Below are positions 38,221 to 48,079 of a stretch of 64,000 nucleotides of DNA, one piece after another. The stretch covers positions 608,001 through 672,000 of the forward strand of contig CBDCTZ010000013.1 of the NCBI GenBank assembly GCA_965222375.1. Direction: 5' to 3'. The notes beneath the pieces were generated by a model, which saw nothing but the letters and a program-made list of their open reading frames with translations, was not told the DNA's origin and did no database searches. Made by a program: the position numbers and the translations under genes. Position 1 is the stretch's first letter; the number at the start of each line of letters is the position of its first letter. The stretch is from Polyangiaceae bacterium (lineage in GTDB: Bacteria; Myxococcota_A; Polyangia; Polyangiales; Polyangiaceae).

Positions 38221-38869
38221 GGTTGTTCTCGATTTCGTCCAGAAGCTCGCCTGCCGAGCGGTTCAGCGACAGCTCGACGGCGTTTACCTTGCCGGTCAGC
38301 CAGTTGAAGAGAAGCACGGCGGGAATGGCCACCATCAGTCCGAAGGCGGTCTCAATCAGCGCCTCGGAGATGCCTGCAGACACAGCGCCCAGACCCCCCG
38401 AGCCGGTGGTTGCAATGCCCTGGAACGCACCAATGATACCAATCACGGTGCCCAGCAGCCCCACGAAGGGTGCGACGGAGCCGACGGAAGCCAAGACCGA
38501 GAGCCCGCGGCGCAGATCGGCTCCCACTCCTTCGAGGGCGCGGTCTGCCTCATTTCGAGCAAGTTCCACGGGACTGACCCGCCCCTCTCGAGCACTGGCG
38601 TAGCGCTGGAGGATCGCCAGGAACAACTTCGCGAGGGCAGAAGCCTGATGTTTCTCGCAAGCCTTGATCAACCCTGCAACGTCCCAGCGCTCGAGCAGGG
38701 GGCCGGCTTGCGCCGCAAACTTGCGCGACTCCTTCGCGGATTTCCTGAAAGCGATCAACCGCTCAACGGTCACACCCGCGGTGGCAATGCCCATGATCAA
38801 CAGCACGAGCGCCACGCTCTTCCCGAGCGTACCCATACTCGCCCAAATGTGCGCCAGGTCGAATTGCAT
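38171..38869 (-). CDS. exbB: ExbB/TolQ/MotA proton channel family protein
   Basis: LASVGSVAPFVGLLGTVIGI and GISEALIETAFGLMVAIPA. Confidence 0.92.
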   Translation of the reverse strand: MQFDLAHIWASMGTLGKSVALVLLIMGIATAGVTVERLIAFRKSAKESRKFAAQAGPLLERWDVAGLIKACEKHQASALAKLFLAILQRYASAREGRVSPVELARNEADRALEGVGADLRRGLSVLASVGSVAPFVGLLGTVIGIIGAFQGIATTGSGGLGAVSAGISEALIETAFGLMVAIPAVLLFNWLTGKVNAVELSLNRSAGELLDEIENNHGSESQASEEAVRQAA

Positions 38870-38894
38870 CTCTTTTCATGCTCCCTTGAGTGGC

Positions 38895-39650
38895 CTAGGC
38901 CCTCAGACGAAAGGGGAATCGTGCGGTCTGCCACATCGCGGTCGGGCGGCCCTCGAAGGTGCCTGGCTGGAAGCGCCATTGCTTCACGGCCGCGACGACA
39001 GCCGAGGTCAAGGACTGGGGCCCGCGGACGACGCGAACGTCGGTGACGCTTCCGGACCGGCTGACCAAGAAACGAACGACCACGACGCCTTCGACACCCT
39101 CACTGCGAGCTTCGGCGGGGTAGGCCGGACGACGACGGGAGATGGCCCGGGGCGGCGTCGAGGCTTCCCGTTCTGATACAAACACGGGTGCCGGTGCGGC
39201 CTTCTTGCGCGCGACCTTCTTCTTGATTCGCTTGACCACCGGCTTGGTGTCGGGCGCCGCATCACCGCCTCCGCCTTCACCAAAGACATCGTCCATGTCT
39301 CCCTCGTAGGGATTGCCACCCGGCTCCGCTTCTGCGGGCACCTCATCGGGCACGCCTTGGGGGGTGGACATGCTCACCTTGGCGCCTTTGCGGCGCTTCT
39401 TCTCTTTGACGATGCGAGGTTTTGGCTCGGGCTCGGGCTCGGGCTCGGGATCCGGCGCCACCTCCATGGGCGGCTGCGTGAGTGTCACATCCAGCGTGTC
39501 GTCGGGCTCGAAGGCCTGACCGTGCGCCGAGTACGTGATGAACAGAAGGCCAACGGCGACGGTCACTGCGCCAACCGTATAGCCCACCGTCAGGCGCTTG
39601 CGCCGCGCCTTGTCGACGGCTTCACCCGTGGTCCATGCGTCCAGTTTCAT
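38895..39650 (-). CDS. tonB: Energy transducer TonB
   Basis: N-terminal TM helix, (PE)n tract, C-terminal YPAEARSEGVEGVVVVRF...AVKQWRFQPG. Confidence 0.9.
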   Translation of the reverse strand: MKLDAWTTGEAVDKARRKRLTVGYTVGAVTVAVGLLFITYSAHGQAFEPDDTLDVTLTQPPMEVAPDPEPEPEPEPKPRIVKEKKRRKGAKVSMSTPQGVPDEVPAEAEPGGNPYEGDMDDVFGEGGGGDAAPDTKPVVKRIKKKVARKKAAPAPVFVSEREASTPPRAISRRRPAYPAEARSEGVEGVVVVRFLVSRSGSVTDVRVVRGPQSLTSAVVAAVKQWRFQPGTFEGRPTAMWQTARFPFRLRA

Positions 39651-39675
39651 CGCGTGGTGAATCTGACGCTTTTCT

Positions 39676-39693
39676 GTGACGAACAGATAACAG
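39676..39693 (-). promoter_or_regulatory. Pho box upstream of tonB
   Basis: Minus-strand CTGTTATCTGTTCGTCAC: two half-sites 11 bp apart, about 25 bp before the start codon. Confidence 0.65.
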
Positions 39694-39806
39694 AACCGAA
39701 AACAGGAAGTGACGCTGCTCCGAGACACCGATGCGCTCCAGATGGCCCTGTTCTGCAGGCAAGGGCCGCTTTGGTCGCCTCGGCGTTTTGCCGCTTCGTT
39801 GCCAGC

Positions 39807-39824
39807 CTGTCATCAAACGGTCAT
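39807..39824 (+). promoter_or_regulatory. Pho box upstream of the phoB-like gene
   Basis: CTGTCATCAAACGGTCAT: GTCAT at 39809 and 39820 (11-bp period), close to the canonical CTGTCAT-N4-CTGTCA(C/T). Confidence 0.75.
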
Positions 39825-39850
39825 CTGCGGTCGATATCCAAAACAAACGC

Positions 39851-40549
39851 ATGCCGCGTGTCTTGGCCATAGAAGACGGGACTGACCTCCTGGAGGTACT
39901 CGTCTACAATCTCACCCAAGAGGGCTACGAGGTCGACGCGGCCACGACCGGCAAAGAAGGACTGCGACTCGCGCGCATGCACGTACCGGAGCTGGTCTTG
40001 CTCGACGTCATGCTGCCGGACATGCCTGGTACGGATGTTTGCCGCTCCATCCGCGCGGACGCAAAGCTGGCTAGCGTACCCGTCGTATTCCTGACGGCAC
40101 GGGACGACGAAATCGACCGCGTCGTCGGCTTCGAGCTCGGAGCCGATGACTACGTCACCAAACCCTTCAGCATGCGAGAGCTGATGTTGAGGGTGCGCGC
40201 ATTGCTTCGAAGGTCCCAGTCAGCGCCGGGCACCCCTACAACGCTGCGCGCGGGGCGTCTCAAGATCGACACGGAAGCGCATCGCGCGTGGGTAGACGAC
40301 GAAGAGATCCCGCTGACAGCGCTCGAGTTCCGACTCTTGGTTACGTTATGCGAACGGGGCGGGCGGGTGCAGTCCCGCGAGATGCTGCTCGACAACGTCT
40401 GGGGACGCGACAGCACCGCCTCGACCCGGACTGTGGACGCGCATATCAAACGACTGCGTGAGAAGCTGGGACCGGTGCGCAACTACGTCGAAACCGTGCG
40501 TGGCTCCGGCTATCGACTGGCGGAAGTCACGGCTGCCAATCCGGGCTAG
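39851..40549 (+). CDS. phoB: OmpR/PhoB-family response regulator, PhoB-like
   Basis: Receiver LLDVMLP, LTARDDEIDRVVGFELGADDYVTKPFS; winged helix LTALEFRLL...RTVDAHIKRLREKL...ETVRGSGY; upstream Pho box. The phoB symbol is inferred. Confidence 0.75.
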   Translation: MPRVLAIEDGTDLLEVLVYNLTQEGYEVDAATTGKEGLRLARMHVPELVLLDVMLPDMPGTDVCRSIRADAKLASVPVVFLTARDDEIDRVVGFELGADDYVTKPFSMRELMLRVRALLRRSQSAPGTPTTLRAGRLKIDTEAHRAWVDDEEIPLTALEFRLLVTLCERGGRVQSREMLLDNVWGRDSTASTRTVDAHIKRLREKLGPVRNYVETVRGSGYRLAEVTAANPG

Positions 40550-40597
40550 GGCACGCATTTCTTGCACCGGGGGCGGCATCGGGGAATGCTATGGCCC

Positions 40598-41125
40598 ATG
40601 GGGTACCTGCGGGCTTACTTGGTTACAATCGCAGCGGGACTGAGCTGCGCCCTTGCATGCGGTGGCAGCGAATTCGACGGCGGCGGAGGCGCGGGCGGAG
40701 CGGACGCAGCTGCGGGCCAGGGTGGAAGTGCGGGCAGCGGGGCTGGAGGTGCAGCGGGGAGCTCGGGGAGTGCGGGCTCGAGTGGAAGCGCGGGCGCGGA
40801 TGCAGGGTCTGGTGCCTGCGTACCCTCCCTGCAGGGCAGGAAGTGTGGAGATCCTGGGCTGACGACTGGGAACCAAGCGTGCGACATGTGCGGGCAGAAC
40901 GCTTGCTGCAATGAAATTGAAATCTGCATGAACAACGAAGATTGCGCCAGCTCGATGCGCTGCTTCCTAGACAACTGCCTCGGCAAAAAGGCAACAGAGT
41001 GCTTTCTCAACGAGTGCAACTGCGGAACGAGCGCAGTACCGCCCTTCTACCTAATGGCGAATTGTCTTCTGAAGGCATGCACTTGCAGCGGTGGGTGCGC
41101 TCCATGCCCAATGCTGATTCCCTAG
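40598..41125 (+). CDS. Small Gly-tethered Cys-rich lipoprotein
   Basis: Lipobox ALAC, Gly/Ser/Ala tether, Cys-dense C-terminal domain similar in spacing to the protein at 21474-21950. Confidence 0.8.
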   Translation: MGYLRAYLVTIAAGLSCALACGGSEFDGGGGAGGADAAAGQGGSAGSGAGGAAGSSGSAGSSGSAGADAGSGACVPSLQGRKCGDPGLTTGNQACDMCGQNACCNEIEICMNNEDCASSMRCFLDNCLGKKATECFLNECNCGTSAVPPFYLMANCLLKACTCSGGCAPCPMLIP

Positions 41126-41137
41126 TTCGCACGGACC

Positions 41138-41560
41138 CTACAACTCGAACTTGTGCATCCCGCTGCGCGCGCTGTCCAGCCTCAGAGTGCGCAAGATTGC
41201 CGAAAATAGCGCATCGGTGCCCTCGCTCTTGCTGACGTAGGTGGAGTTGCGCACGGAGCGGGACACCGCATACAGCTCGTCCTCGGGCACGCCGGAATAG
41301 AACACGATGGGCACGGGCTCGGTATCAGCTCCGGCCGCGACCAGCTCGGCGAGGCGCTGCCCGCTCATGGCGGGCATGTTGACGTCGAGCACCAGCACGT
41401 CAGGTTCGTGCTTTCGCATCAGGCCGCTGACGCCCAAGGGCGAGTCCGACGTGAAGACCTCCAAGCCGCGCTCCGTCAGCGCGCGTTTCACTGCGCGCAG
41501 GGCATGCGGATCGTCGTCAACGACGAGAACCTTCGCGGTCGCCTTCTTGTCGGCCACCAT
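41138..41560 (-). CDS. Single-domain response regulator receiver
   Basis: VLVVDDD, LVLDVNMP, VFYS, YVSK; no output domain. Confidence 0.88.
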   Translation of the reverse strand: MVADKKATAKVLVVDDDPHALRAVKRALTERGLEVFTSDSPLGVSGLMRKHEPDVLVLDVNMPAMSGQRLAELVAAGADTEPVPIVFYSGVPEDELYAVSRSVRNSTYVSKSEGTDALFSAILRTLRLDSARSGMHKFEL

Positions 41561-41578
41561 CTCAGACCTGCCACCCGC

Positions 41579-42583
41579 TCATTCGTAGGTACCCGTCGGG
41601 ATTTTGGGACCCTTGTGGAGCATCACGCCATTGATCAACGGCAGCGCCACGATGTCACCCCCCGCCGCCCAGACGCCGCCCTTGGGATCGATGAAGACCG
41701 AATGGAAGTCGGAAAACACGTCGATTCCATGGGTCTCTTCGGACCAACCCGAGGCGCCACGCGTCAAGATGGTGCCCGTATTGCCCGCGGCGAAACCCTT
41801 CGTGCCCCGCATGCGCACTCCGATCATCGCGCGATCCGACTCCGGCGGCGTGACGTCTTTCCAACCGTCCCCGGAGTCCTCGATGATCACGGCTCGAGCC
41901 AAACCGCCGACGGCGACCCATGGTCCGCCCTCGTCGGCGTGAAGTGTCAGAAGGCGCTGGGTGGTTGGAGACTTGGGCTGCGAGAAGGCCGACCCGTCCC
42001 AATGCAAGATCACACCATCCATGCCCACGATGCGGACGTCCGTCGCCGATCGGCCCCAGACCTTGAAGTAGCTGGAAATCGGAACGCTCGGCAACCCCGG
42101 TGCGTCCACCCAGTCGGTCCCGTCATAACGCCACACGAACGCAGCGCCGGTGCCACTTGGCTGCCCGCCCACAGCCCAGAGATCCGTAGGGGAGGTTCCC
42201 CAGATCCCGAACACGGTCGCACTCGACGGCGTGCTCATCTTCTGAAAGCTGCCACCTTCGTACTTCAAGATCGTGCCAGCGGAGCCCCCAATGAATACCG
42301 GGCCTTCGGGGGTCGCGTGCACCCACCACAGATTGACCGGCAAGCCCGGCGAGCGGCGCTGCCACTTGCTGCCGTCGAAGTGCAGCACGAACGCGCCCGA
42401 ACCGTCGCCCGGATCGCCGCCAACGGCCCAGATGTCCCGCTCGCTCGTGCCGGAGACGCTGATCAGCGCACCAGGCAAGTCCTGGAAGACCATCTTCCAC
42501 TTCGGCGCTTCGGGCTCATCCTCGCTACCGCAGGCGACGAGCAGCACGGAAACAAGGAGCAGGTAAGCAGCTCTCTTCATCAT
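41579..42583 (-). CDS. Lipoprotein with W-G/W-A-V-G repeats (probable beta-propeller)
   Basis: Lipobox LVAC; repeated units such as IWGTSPTDLWAVGG, VWGRSATDV and ILHWDG. Confidence 0.8.
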   Translation of the reverse strand: MMKRAAYLLLVSVLLVACGSEDEPEAPKWKMVFQDLPGALISVSGTSERDIWAVGGDPGDGSGAFVLHFDGSKWQRRSPGLPVNLWWVHATPEGPVFIGGSAGTILKYEGGSFQKMSTPSSATVFGIWGTSPTDLWAVGGQPSGTGAAFVWRYDGTDWVDAPGLPSVPISSYFKVWGRSATDVRIVGMDGVILHWDGSAFSQPKSPTTQRLLTLHADEGGPWVAVGGLARAVIIEDSGDGWKDVTPPESDRAMIGVRMRGTKGFAAGNTGTILTRGASGWSEETHGIDVFSDFHSVFIDPKGGVWAAGGDIVALPLINGVMLHKGPKIPTGTYE

Positions 42584-44733
42584 TCCACTTTCTGCGCTCT
42601 GGGAAACTTCGTGTCGATCAACGCGTCACTTGGAATTGGAGTCTTGATCGGTTCATCCGCTTTGACCACAACCGCACGCATCCGCATGATTTCGGCGAGC
42701 GTCAACGGCCGGGATTCCTTGGGATCGGGATGGCCCGTTGCCACCAGCGGCTCGCCTGCCGCGTTGATGATGGCGTCCAGCGCGTAGATCTTCACGTCCG
42801 TCTTCGGATCGCAACTTGGATCCAGATTCGTCACGTCGCAGGCTTCAAAATTGTAACGCTGACTTCCGAAGCCGTGGGTAATGTCGAGTAGGACTTTGTT
42901 CTTCGGCTTCGTCGCGTCGCCGACCGAGTGACAGCGGTCGCATGCCATGAACTGACTTCGCCGGCGGGTGGTGTGGGGATTGAAGCCGCGCTGACCAAAG
43001 CCGGCAATCGTGCGGCCGCCGGGGAACTTGAAGGTCCGCGGAGAGTTCTCGATCAGCGTCTTTTTGCCACTCGGCGCGCTCGCGTCCGCGTCCGTGACCG
43101 TCATGAAAAAGCGCTCCGCGGGCATACTCGGCGCAAGCAGCCCGTCGGAGTTGCGCATCAACACCAAGTCGTTGAGCTGAACCCAACGCCGTTTGCCTGT
43201 CGGGTGGCCGGGGGTCAGTTGGCCAGTGGTCTGGTAGCGCTTCTCCTTGGAGAGATCGAGCTCCACGTGGCAGCCGTAGCAGCTCGGCGACCAACCCGCG
43301 TGACAGGTGTAGCACTCGAGTTCGTCCGTGTGGCTGAAGCCCTGGGCGTTGATGCCCATGGAGCGCGCGCCAAACTCCGTGTAGGGAGGGTGACCGGGAG
43401 TGATCACGTCTTTGACTTGGGTGACCTCGAGTTCCAGATTCGTGACCTTGGTTTTCAGCCAGAGCTTGCCGTCTCGCTCGTAGAGGTTGTTGCGGCCGGC
43501 CTCGGGCTTGGCTCGCTCCCGGACGGTGCCGTGACAGTCCGTACACTCCGTCCGCACGCTGCACTGGGTGTCGGCATAAAGATGACCATCGCCGTGCACG
43601 TCAGTCAGGGTGTGGCAATCGATGCAGTGCATGCCCGCCTCGAAATGCACGTCTGCGGGCGTTTCGTCGAAGTCGTTCGAAAAGTCTTCGTCCACGATGT
43701 AGTAGTTCGCGTCGTGCCCGTGCAGCGCTTGCCCTAAGACGATGGGGCGCTCGGGGTTTTCGCCCGCGCCGGCAGATTCTCGATAGCCCTGGTAGCCGAT
43801 GCCGAGCCGCCCGCCGCGGTAGTGGCAGCGGGTACACTGCTGCAGGGGAATGGCATTGGTGAGCTCATGTTTGATCGGGTGCGGCACCGTCTGCTTGGAG
43901 ATCCTCGGATCGTCCGATTGGCTCAGCCCGTCGTCTGCGTAGGGCATGTGGCAAGCGGTGCACCCTGACGAGCGGAAGTCACCCCGGAATCGGTTCTCGC
44001 CAAAGTCGTTCAGGTGGCAGCGCATGCAGGACTTGACCATGTATTGGTCCTGGGCGTTGGCGACGCTCACGGCCGTTTTCGGATCCGTCGAGCCGACGAC
44101 CATGGCAGGGGGATCGAACTTCTTCAGTTCCGCAACGCTGCACTTGTTGGCAGGATCGTAGGTGTCGTCCTTGATGTCCTGCCCGCCAAACAGGCCGTAG
44201 GGGTCCGGCTGGGCGCCCGCTCGCCAGCGCGCTACGGTCACCTCGCCGGAGGTGTGCGCCATGGTCGAGCGCGGTACCAGCTTGGATTCCTCGACGTGAC
44301 ACTTGCCGCAGGTTTGGTCCAGAACTCGGAAGTCGCCGGGGTTGATGAATCGCACGTACGCCGGGTCATGCTGGTCGAGTTCGGTGGTCGACAGGTTTTT
44401 CAAGTATTTGGCGCCACTACCTGGCGACACATGAGCTTGCTTCTTGTCGTAGATCCATGCGCCATCGCAGTTCGGATTGTCCGGATCGCCACTCAGGGTC
44501 CCGTTGCAAACCCAAGGGTTACCACCATGGCAATCGACGCAGCTCAAGGGAAAGCCCGGGTGGGCATCTTCGATGCCATGAGGCTTTCCGTTGGAGGCAC
44601 GAGGCTGATGGCACACTAGGCAGTTTTCGCGATGCTCTACGACGTCCTCCACTACGTCGCTCTCACAGGCGACGGCCAACCACACCGCACTCGCAAGCGC
44701 GAGGGGCAAAGGCCACGAACGTCGCAGAGTCAT
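42580..44733 (-). CDS. Multiheme c-type cytochrome lipoprotein (11 CxxCH)
   Basis: Lipobox AVAC; CLVCH, CVDCH, CGKCH, CMRCH, CTACH, CTRCH, CIDCH, CTDCH, CYTCH, CYGCH, CDRCH. Confidence 0.93.
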   Translation of the reverse strand: MTLRRSWPLPLALASAVWLAVACESDVVEDVVEHRENCLVCHQPRASNGKPHGIEDAHPGFPLSCVDCHGGNPWVCNGTLSGDPDNPNCDGAWIYDKKQAHVSPGSGAKYLKNLSTTELDQHDPAYVRFINPGDFRVLDQTCGKCHVEESKLVPRSTMAHTSGEVTVARWRAGAQPDPYGLFGGQDIKDDTYDPANKCSVAELKKFDPPAMVVGSTDPKTAVSVANAQDQYMVKSCMRCHLNDFGENRFRGDFRSSGCTACHMPYADDGLSQSDDPRISKQTVPHPIKHELTNAIPLQQCTRCHYRGGRLGIGYQGYRESAGAGENPERPIVLGQALHGHDANYYIVDEDFSNDFDETPADVHFEAGMHCIDCHTLTDVHGDGHLYADTQCSVRTECTDCHGTVRERAKPEAGRNNLYERDGKLWLKTKVTNLELEVTQVKDVITPGHPPYTEFGARSMGINAQGFSHTDELECYTCHAGWSPSCYGCHVELDLSKEKRYQTTGQLTPGHPTGKRRWVQLNDLVLMRNSDGLLAPSMPAERFFMTVTDADASAPSGKKTLIENSPRTFKFPGGRTIAGFGQRGFNPHTTRRRSQFMACDRCHSVGDATKPKNKVLLDITHGFGSQRYNFEACDVTNLDPSCDPKTDVKIYALDAIINAAGEPLVATGHPDPKESRPLTLAEIMRMRAVVVKADEPIKTPIPSDALIDTKFPRAQKVE

Positions 44734-45260
44734 CCTTCGTCCAGCACTACAGATACCGAGAAATCGGCACTGCGATCGTCGTCGTCCGTCACCGCAACCG
44801 TCAACTTGCCGGGCTTCCCAAACACATCATCGATGGGCTTGTTCTCGTTGGGCGGCGCGTGCTGGGCCGGCACGGCTAGCGCTTGGATCTCCAACCAGCC
44901 ATCCGTGGCCAAGAAGAACGTCTCGCGAGACTCCACATCGCCCAAGACTTCGCCAGCGTCGGTGCGGAGCTGGGCGGTGACGTTGGCCGGGCTCGCAATT
45001 CCGATGATGCGCACCGCAGGCATGGTCCAGGTACCGCCTTGCAAGCCGAAAACGATTGCACACGAGTCGCCGTTTTTCAGAGGCTTGTAAAGCTGCTCAA
45101 CGTAGAAGCCGACCTCCACGGTTGGCGTGCCGCTGGGCACGTACGCAAGCTCGTCGCCGTAGTCCACGTTGGGATCCACGACGCGCTTGGTCACGTTCTC
45201 CCCGCATGCTGAGAGGCAGCTGAGCGCTACAACAACAGACAAGCCAAGACCACGTCGCAC
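44730..45260 (-). CDS. Hypothetical lipoprotein, first gene of the cytochrome operon
   Basis: Lipobox LSAC, G-L-Q-G-G motif, ATGA overlap with the cytochrome start. Confidence 0.8.
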   Translation of the reverse strand: MRRGLGLSVVVALSCLSACGENVTKRVVDPNVDYGDELAYVPSGTPTVEVGFYVEQLYKPLKNGDSCAIVFGLQGGTWTMPAVRIIGIASPANVTAQLRTDAGEVLGDVESRETFFLATDGWLEIQALAVPAQHAPPNENKPIDDVFGKPGKLTVAVTDDDDRSADFSVSVVLDEG

Positions 45261-45400
45261 AGTGGGAGAATCATGCTTCGACTCGCGCCACTTGGCCAGC
45301 TGCTGGCGTCTCCGAACCCAGTGGGAATCGCGAAAATAGTGCGCAATCTGCCGACAAGCGAGGCCTCTTTGGCGCGCGCGCTATTGCCGCGCGCAGACGC

Positions 45401-46339
45401 TCAGCGAGGAGCGGCCGCTTTCTGCGCGTCCTCGTGGCGCTGGACCACGCTCCGTACCTGCGGATGGTCGGGCGGGAAGGCGCGCTCTCGGATCTTCCGA
45501 GACTTGGCACAAGCGGCCACGGCGGCGTCGAGTTGTTTTGCGTCAAGCTCGAGCCCGCAGAGGTTGAACAACGTCGTCGCCACATTCGGGTGGCTAGCGC
45601 CATGCGCCGCCGACAGCTCGGCAACGCTCTCCTGAAAGCTGGCGCGCGCTCGAGCGAAATCCTGGCGGTGGTACTGAATGCTGCCCAGGGTGTTTAGGGC
45701 GAGGCCCAACCCGGCGCTCCGGTTGGCGACGCGCAGGGCGGGGATCACCTTCTCCAGAATCCGCTCCGCCTCGTGGTAGCGCTTCTGATACTTCAGGTTG
45801 ATGGCGAGGTTCGTCCGCGCCCGCAGGAGATCCGGATGGGTCTCCGGACGGCGCTCGGAGAGCGCGGCTATGACATTCCGAAACGCTCGCTCGGCATCTC
45901 CGTAGTCACCCGCATAGTCCGACACCACTCCGAGCATTTCCATGGTCTCGACGGTGTAGTCGTGCACCGGGCCGTATAGCTTCCGGTTGATCTTCAGCGC
46001 CGACTCGAAGCGATCTCTAGCTCTACCAAGCTGTCGCAACGCTGTATGCGCTTGACCCAGGGTATAGAGCGTCGCCGCGAGGCGAACCTGGTCCACAGGC
46101 CGACACGCTTCCAAGGCGGTGAGCCCACGCTCCAACCGCTCGAGGGCAAGCTGGGGCTTTCCCTCGTTCAAGGCCTGGCTGCCCTCGGCAAATGCTTTGG
46201 GATCGGGCTCGCAGTCCACCACGACCGGATCGGTCGGATCGCGCTGCGGGCTCTTTGGCGGCGGAGTGGAACCTCCGCAGCTGGTGGCCACGGCAAAAAA
46301 AACAGCCCATCGCAGAGCGGCAAGGAATGTTCGCATCAT
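45401..46339 (-). CDS. Tetratricopeptide-repeat lipoprotein
   Basis: Lipobox ATSC; kinesin-light-chain-like TPRs (YGPVHDYT, HPDLLRARTNLA, HPNVATTLFNL, DHPQV). Confidence 0.85.
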   Translation of the reverse strand: MMRTFLAALRWAVFFAVATSCGGSTPPPKSPQRDPTDPVVVDCEPDPKAFAEGSQALNEGKPQLALERLERGLTALEACRPVDQVRLAATLYTLGQAHTALRQLGRARDRFESALKINRKLYGPVHDYTVETMEMLGVVSDYAGDYGDAERAFRNVIAALSERRPETHPDLLRARTNLAINLKYQKRYHEAERILEKVIPALRVANRSAGLGLALNTLGSIQYHRQDFARARASFQESVAELSAAHGASHPNVATTLFNLCGLELDAKQLDAAVAACAKSRKIRERAFPPDHPQVRSVVQRHEDAQKAAAPR

Positions 46340-46767
46340 GTCGGCGTCGCCACACTCTCGAGTACTTGGGCCAGGTCTGTGCGGATCAATGCGTAGAGCG
46401 CGGAGCCCAGGGCGGCAAGTCCTGACTCAAGTTCGACTCCGGATCCAAGGCACAAGCCGCCGGCGAAGTAGACGATTCGGGCCGGCGGCCCCTCCGATGC
46501 ATTCACCTCGCCGCTGTCGAAAAGAAACACCGATCGAGATGGCGTGCCGCGTTCCATCCTCACTTCGCAGACCGGTAGCTGCGAGGCGTCACCTGCAATG
46601 CCAGTTCGTCGCGGCTAGGCTTGGACAAGACTTGAAACGGATGGACGCGCTCGAGAGGCGGATCCGCGTTCGGCGTGGGCCCGAATGGAGGCAGCGTGGA
46701 ACGCCTTTTCCCGCATGGTGACCAGCCAGCCAGGTCAGGTCAACTACGCCGTGCTACAAGTCCGTGC

Positions 46768-47901
46768 ATGAAGCTCGACGAATCCTACGAGTTGTATCGC
46801 TCGACATGCCGACGTTTCGCTGAAGAGAAGATTGCTCCCTATGTCGTCGAATGGGAGGAGGCTGGCCAGTTCCCACGCGAACTGTATCGCGAGGCAGCAC
46901 ATGCCGGCATTCTGGGAGCAGGCTTTCCCGAGGAGCTCGGTGGCGGCGGCGGCGACTTTCTCCACGGCCTGGTCGGGGTCGAGGAGATGCTACGGGGCGG
47001 CTCGAGTGGTGTCGTGGCCGGGCTCGGTAGCCTCGGTATCGCGCTGCCCCCGATCATGAAGACAGGCAGTGTGGAGCAACAGAAGAGGTTCGTTCCGCCG
47101 GTGCTGAGCGGCGAGAAGGTTGCCGCTTTGGCGATTACGGAACCGGGCACGGGCAGCGACGTCGCTGGAATTCGCACTCGCGCGGTACGAGACGGCAACG
47201 ACTACCTCCTTTCAGGCTCGAAGATGTTCATCACCAGCGGCGTCCGCGCCGACACGGTGACGGTTCTAGCTCGAACCGGCGAGGACAAGCATCACGGCAC
47301 TACGTTCTTCGTGGTCGAGCGAGGCATGAAGGGTTTCGAGGTATCCCGAGCGCTAAAGAAGACGGGCTGGTGCGCCAGCGACACGGCGGAGCTGTCTTTC
47401 GACGAAGTCCGAGTGCCTGAGGCAAACCGCCTCGGCGAGGAAGGCTCCGGCTTCGTGACCCTGATGCAAAACTTCCAAAACGAGCGACTCGCACTGGCCT
47501 TCTACGGACACGCAACGGCGCAAATCGCTTACGAAGATGCGCTCCAATACTCCAAAGAGCGTGAGGCCTTCGGGCGCGCTCTGGCCGGATTCCAGGTGAC
47601 CCGACACAAGCTGGCGCAGATGGCGACGCTCGTCGCAGCCGCGACCGCATTCAACTACACCACTGCCAAGCGAGTCGTTCACGACGACGAGTACCTGGTT
47701 GGCGAAGTCAGCATGGCAAAGAACTTCGCGGCCGATGTTGCGCAGCGCGTTTGCTACGACGCAGTGCAGATCTTCGGAGGCATGGGCTTCATGCGTGAGA
47801 CGCGAGTGGAGCGACTGAGCCGCGATGCGCGGCTGTTGCCGATTGGGGGCGGCACCACAGAAATCATGAACGAGATCATCGCCAAGAGCCTCGGGCTCTA
47901 G
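46768..47901 (+). CDS. Acyl-CoA dehydrogenase
   Basis: [48 protein letters not shown]. Confidence 0.95.
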   Translation: MKLDESYELYRSTCRRFAEEKIAPYVVEWEEAGQFPRELYREAAHAGILGAGFPEELGGGGGDFLHGLVGVEEMLRGGSSGVVAGLGSLGIALPPIMKTGSVEQQKRFVPPVLSGEKVAALAITEPGTGSDVAGIRTRAVRDGNDYLLSGSKMFITSGVRADTVTVLARTGEDKHHGTTFFVVERGMKGFEVSRALKKTGWCASDTAELSFDEVRVPEANRLGEEGSGFVTLMQNFQNERLALAFYGHATAQIAYEDALQYSKEREAFGRALAGFQVTRHKLAQMATLVAAATAFNYTTAKRVVHDDEYLVGEVSMAKNFAADVAQRVCYDAVQIFGGMGFMRETRVERLSRDARLLPIGGGTTEIMNEIIAKSLGL

Positions 47902-48079
47902 CGACGACCAACGGCCCGCTACCCTCTGGTCATGCGACTGCTTCGCGCCAGCTCCGCCTGCCTGCACTTTGCGGGCGTCCAGGACGTTCTGCAAGGCGAA
48001 GATCTGCGACGTGAGTGCGTCCACTCAAACTTGCTGGGGTCGCTGGCGGCGCGCGGCATTCCGTATTAGGCGAGGGTTC

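Noticed and set aside
46336..46563. 75-aa minus-strand ORF whose stop overlaps the TPR gene start
   Set aside because: The overlap is suggestive, but there is no recognisable motif or clear RBS, so support is insufficient.
47902..48079. Pho box upstream of ppx
   Set aside because: I found no 11-bp-periodic GTCA repeats, so co-regulation with the TonB module is not supported by the sequence.
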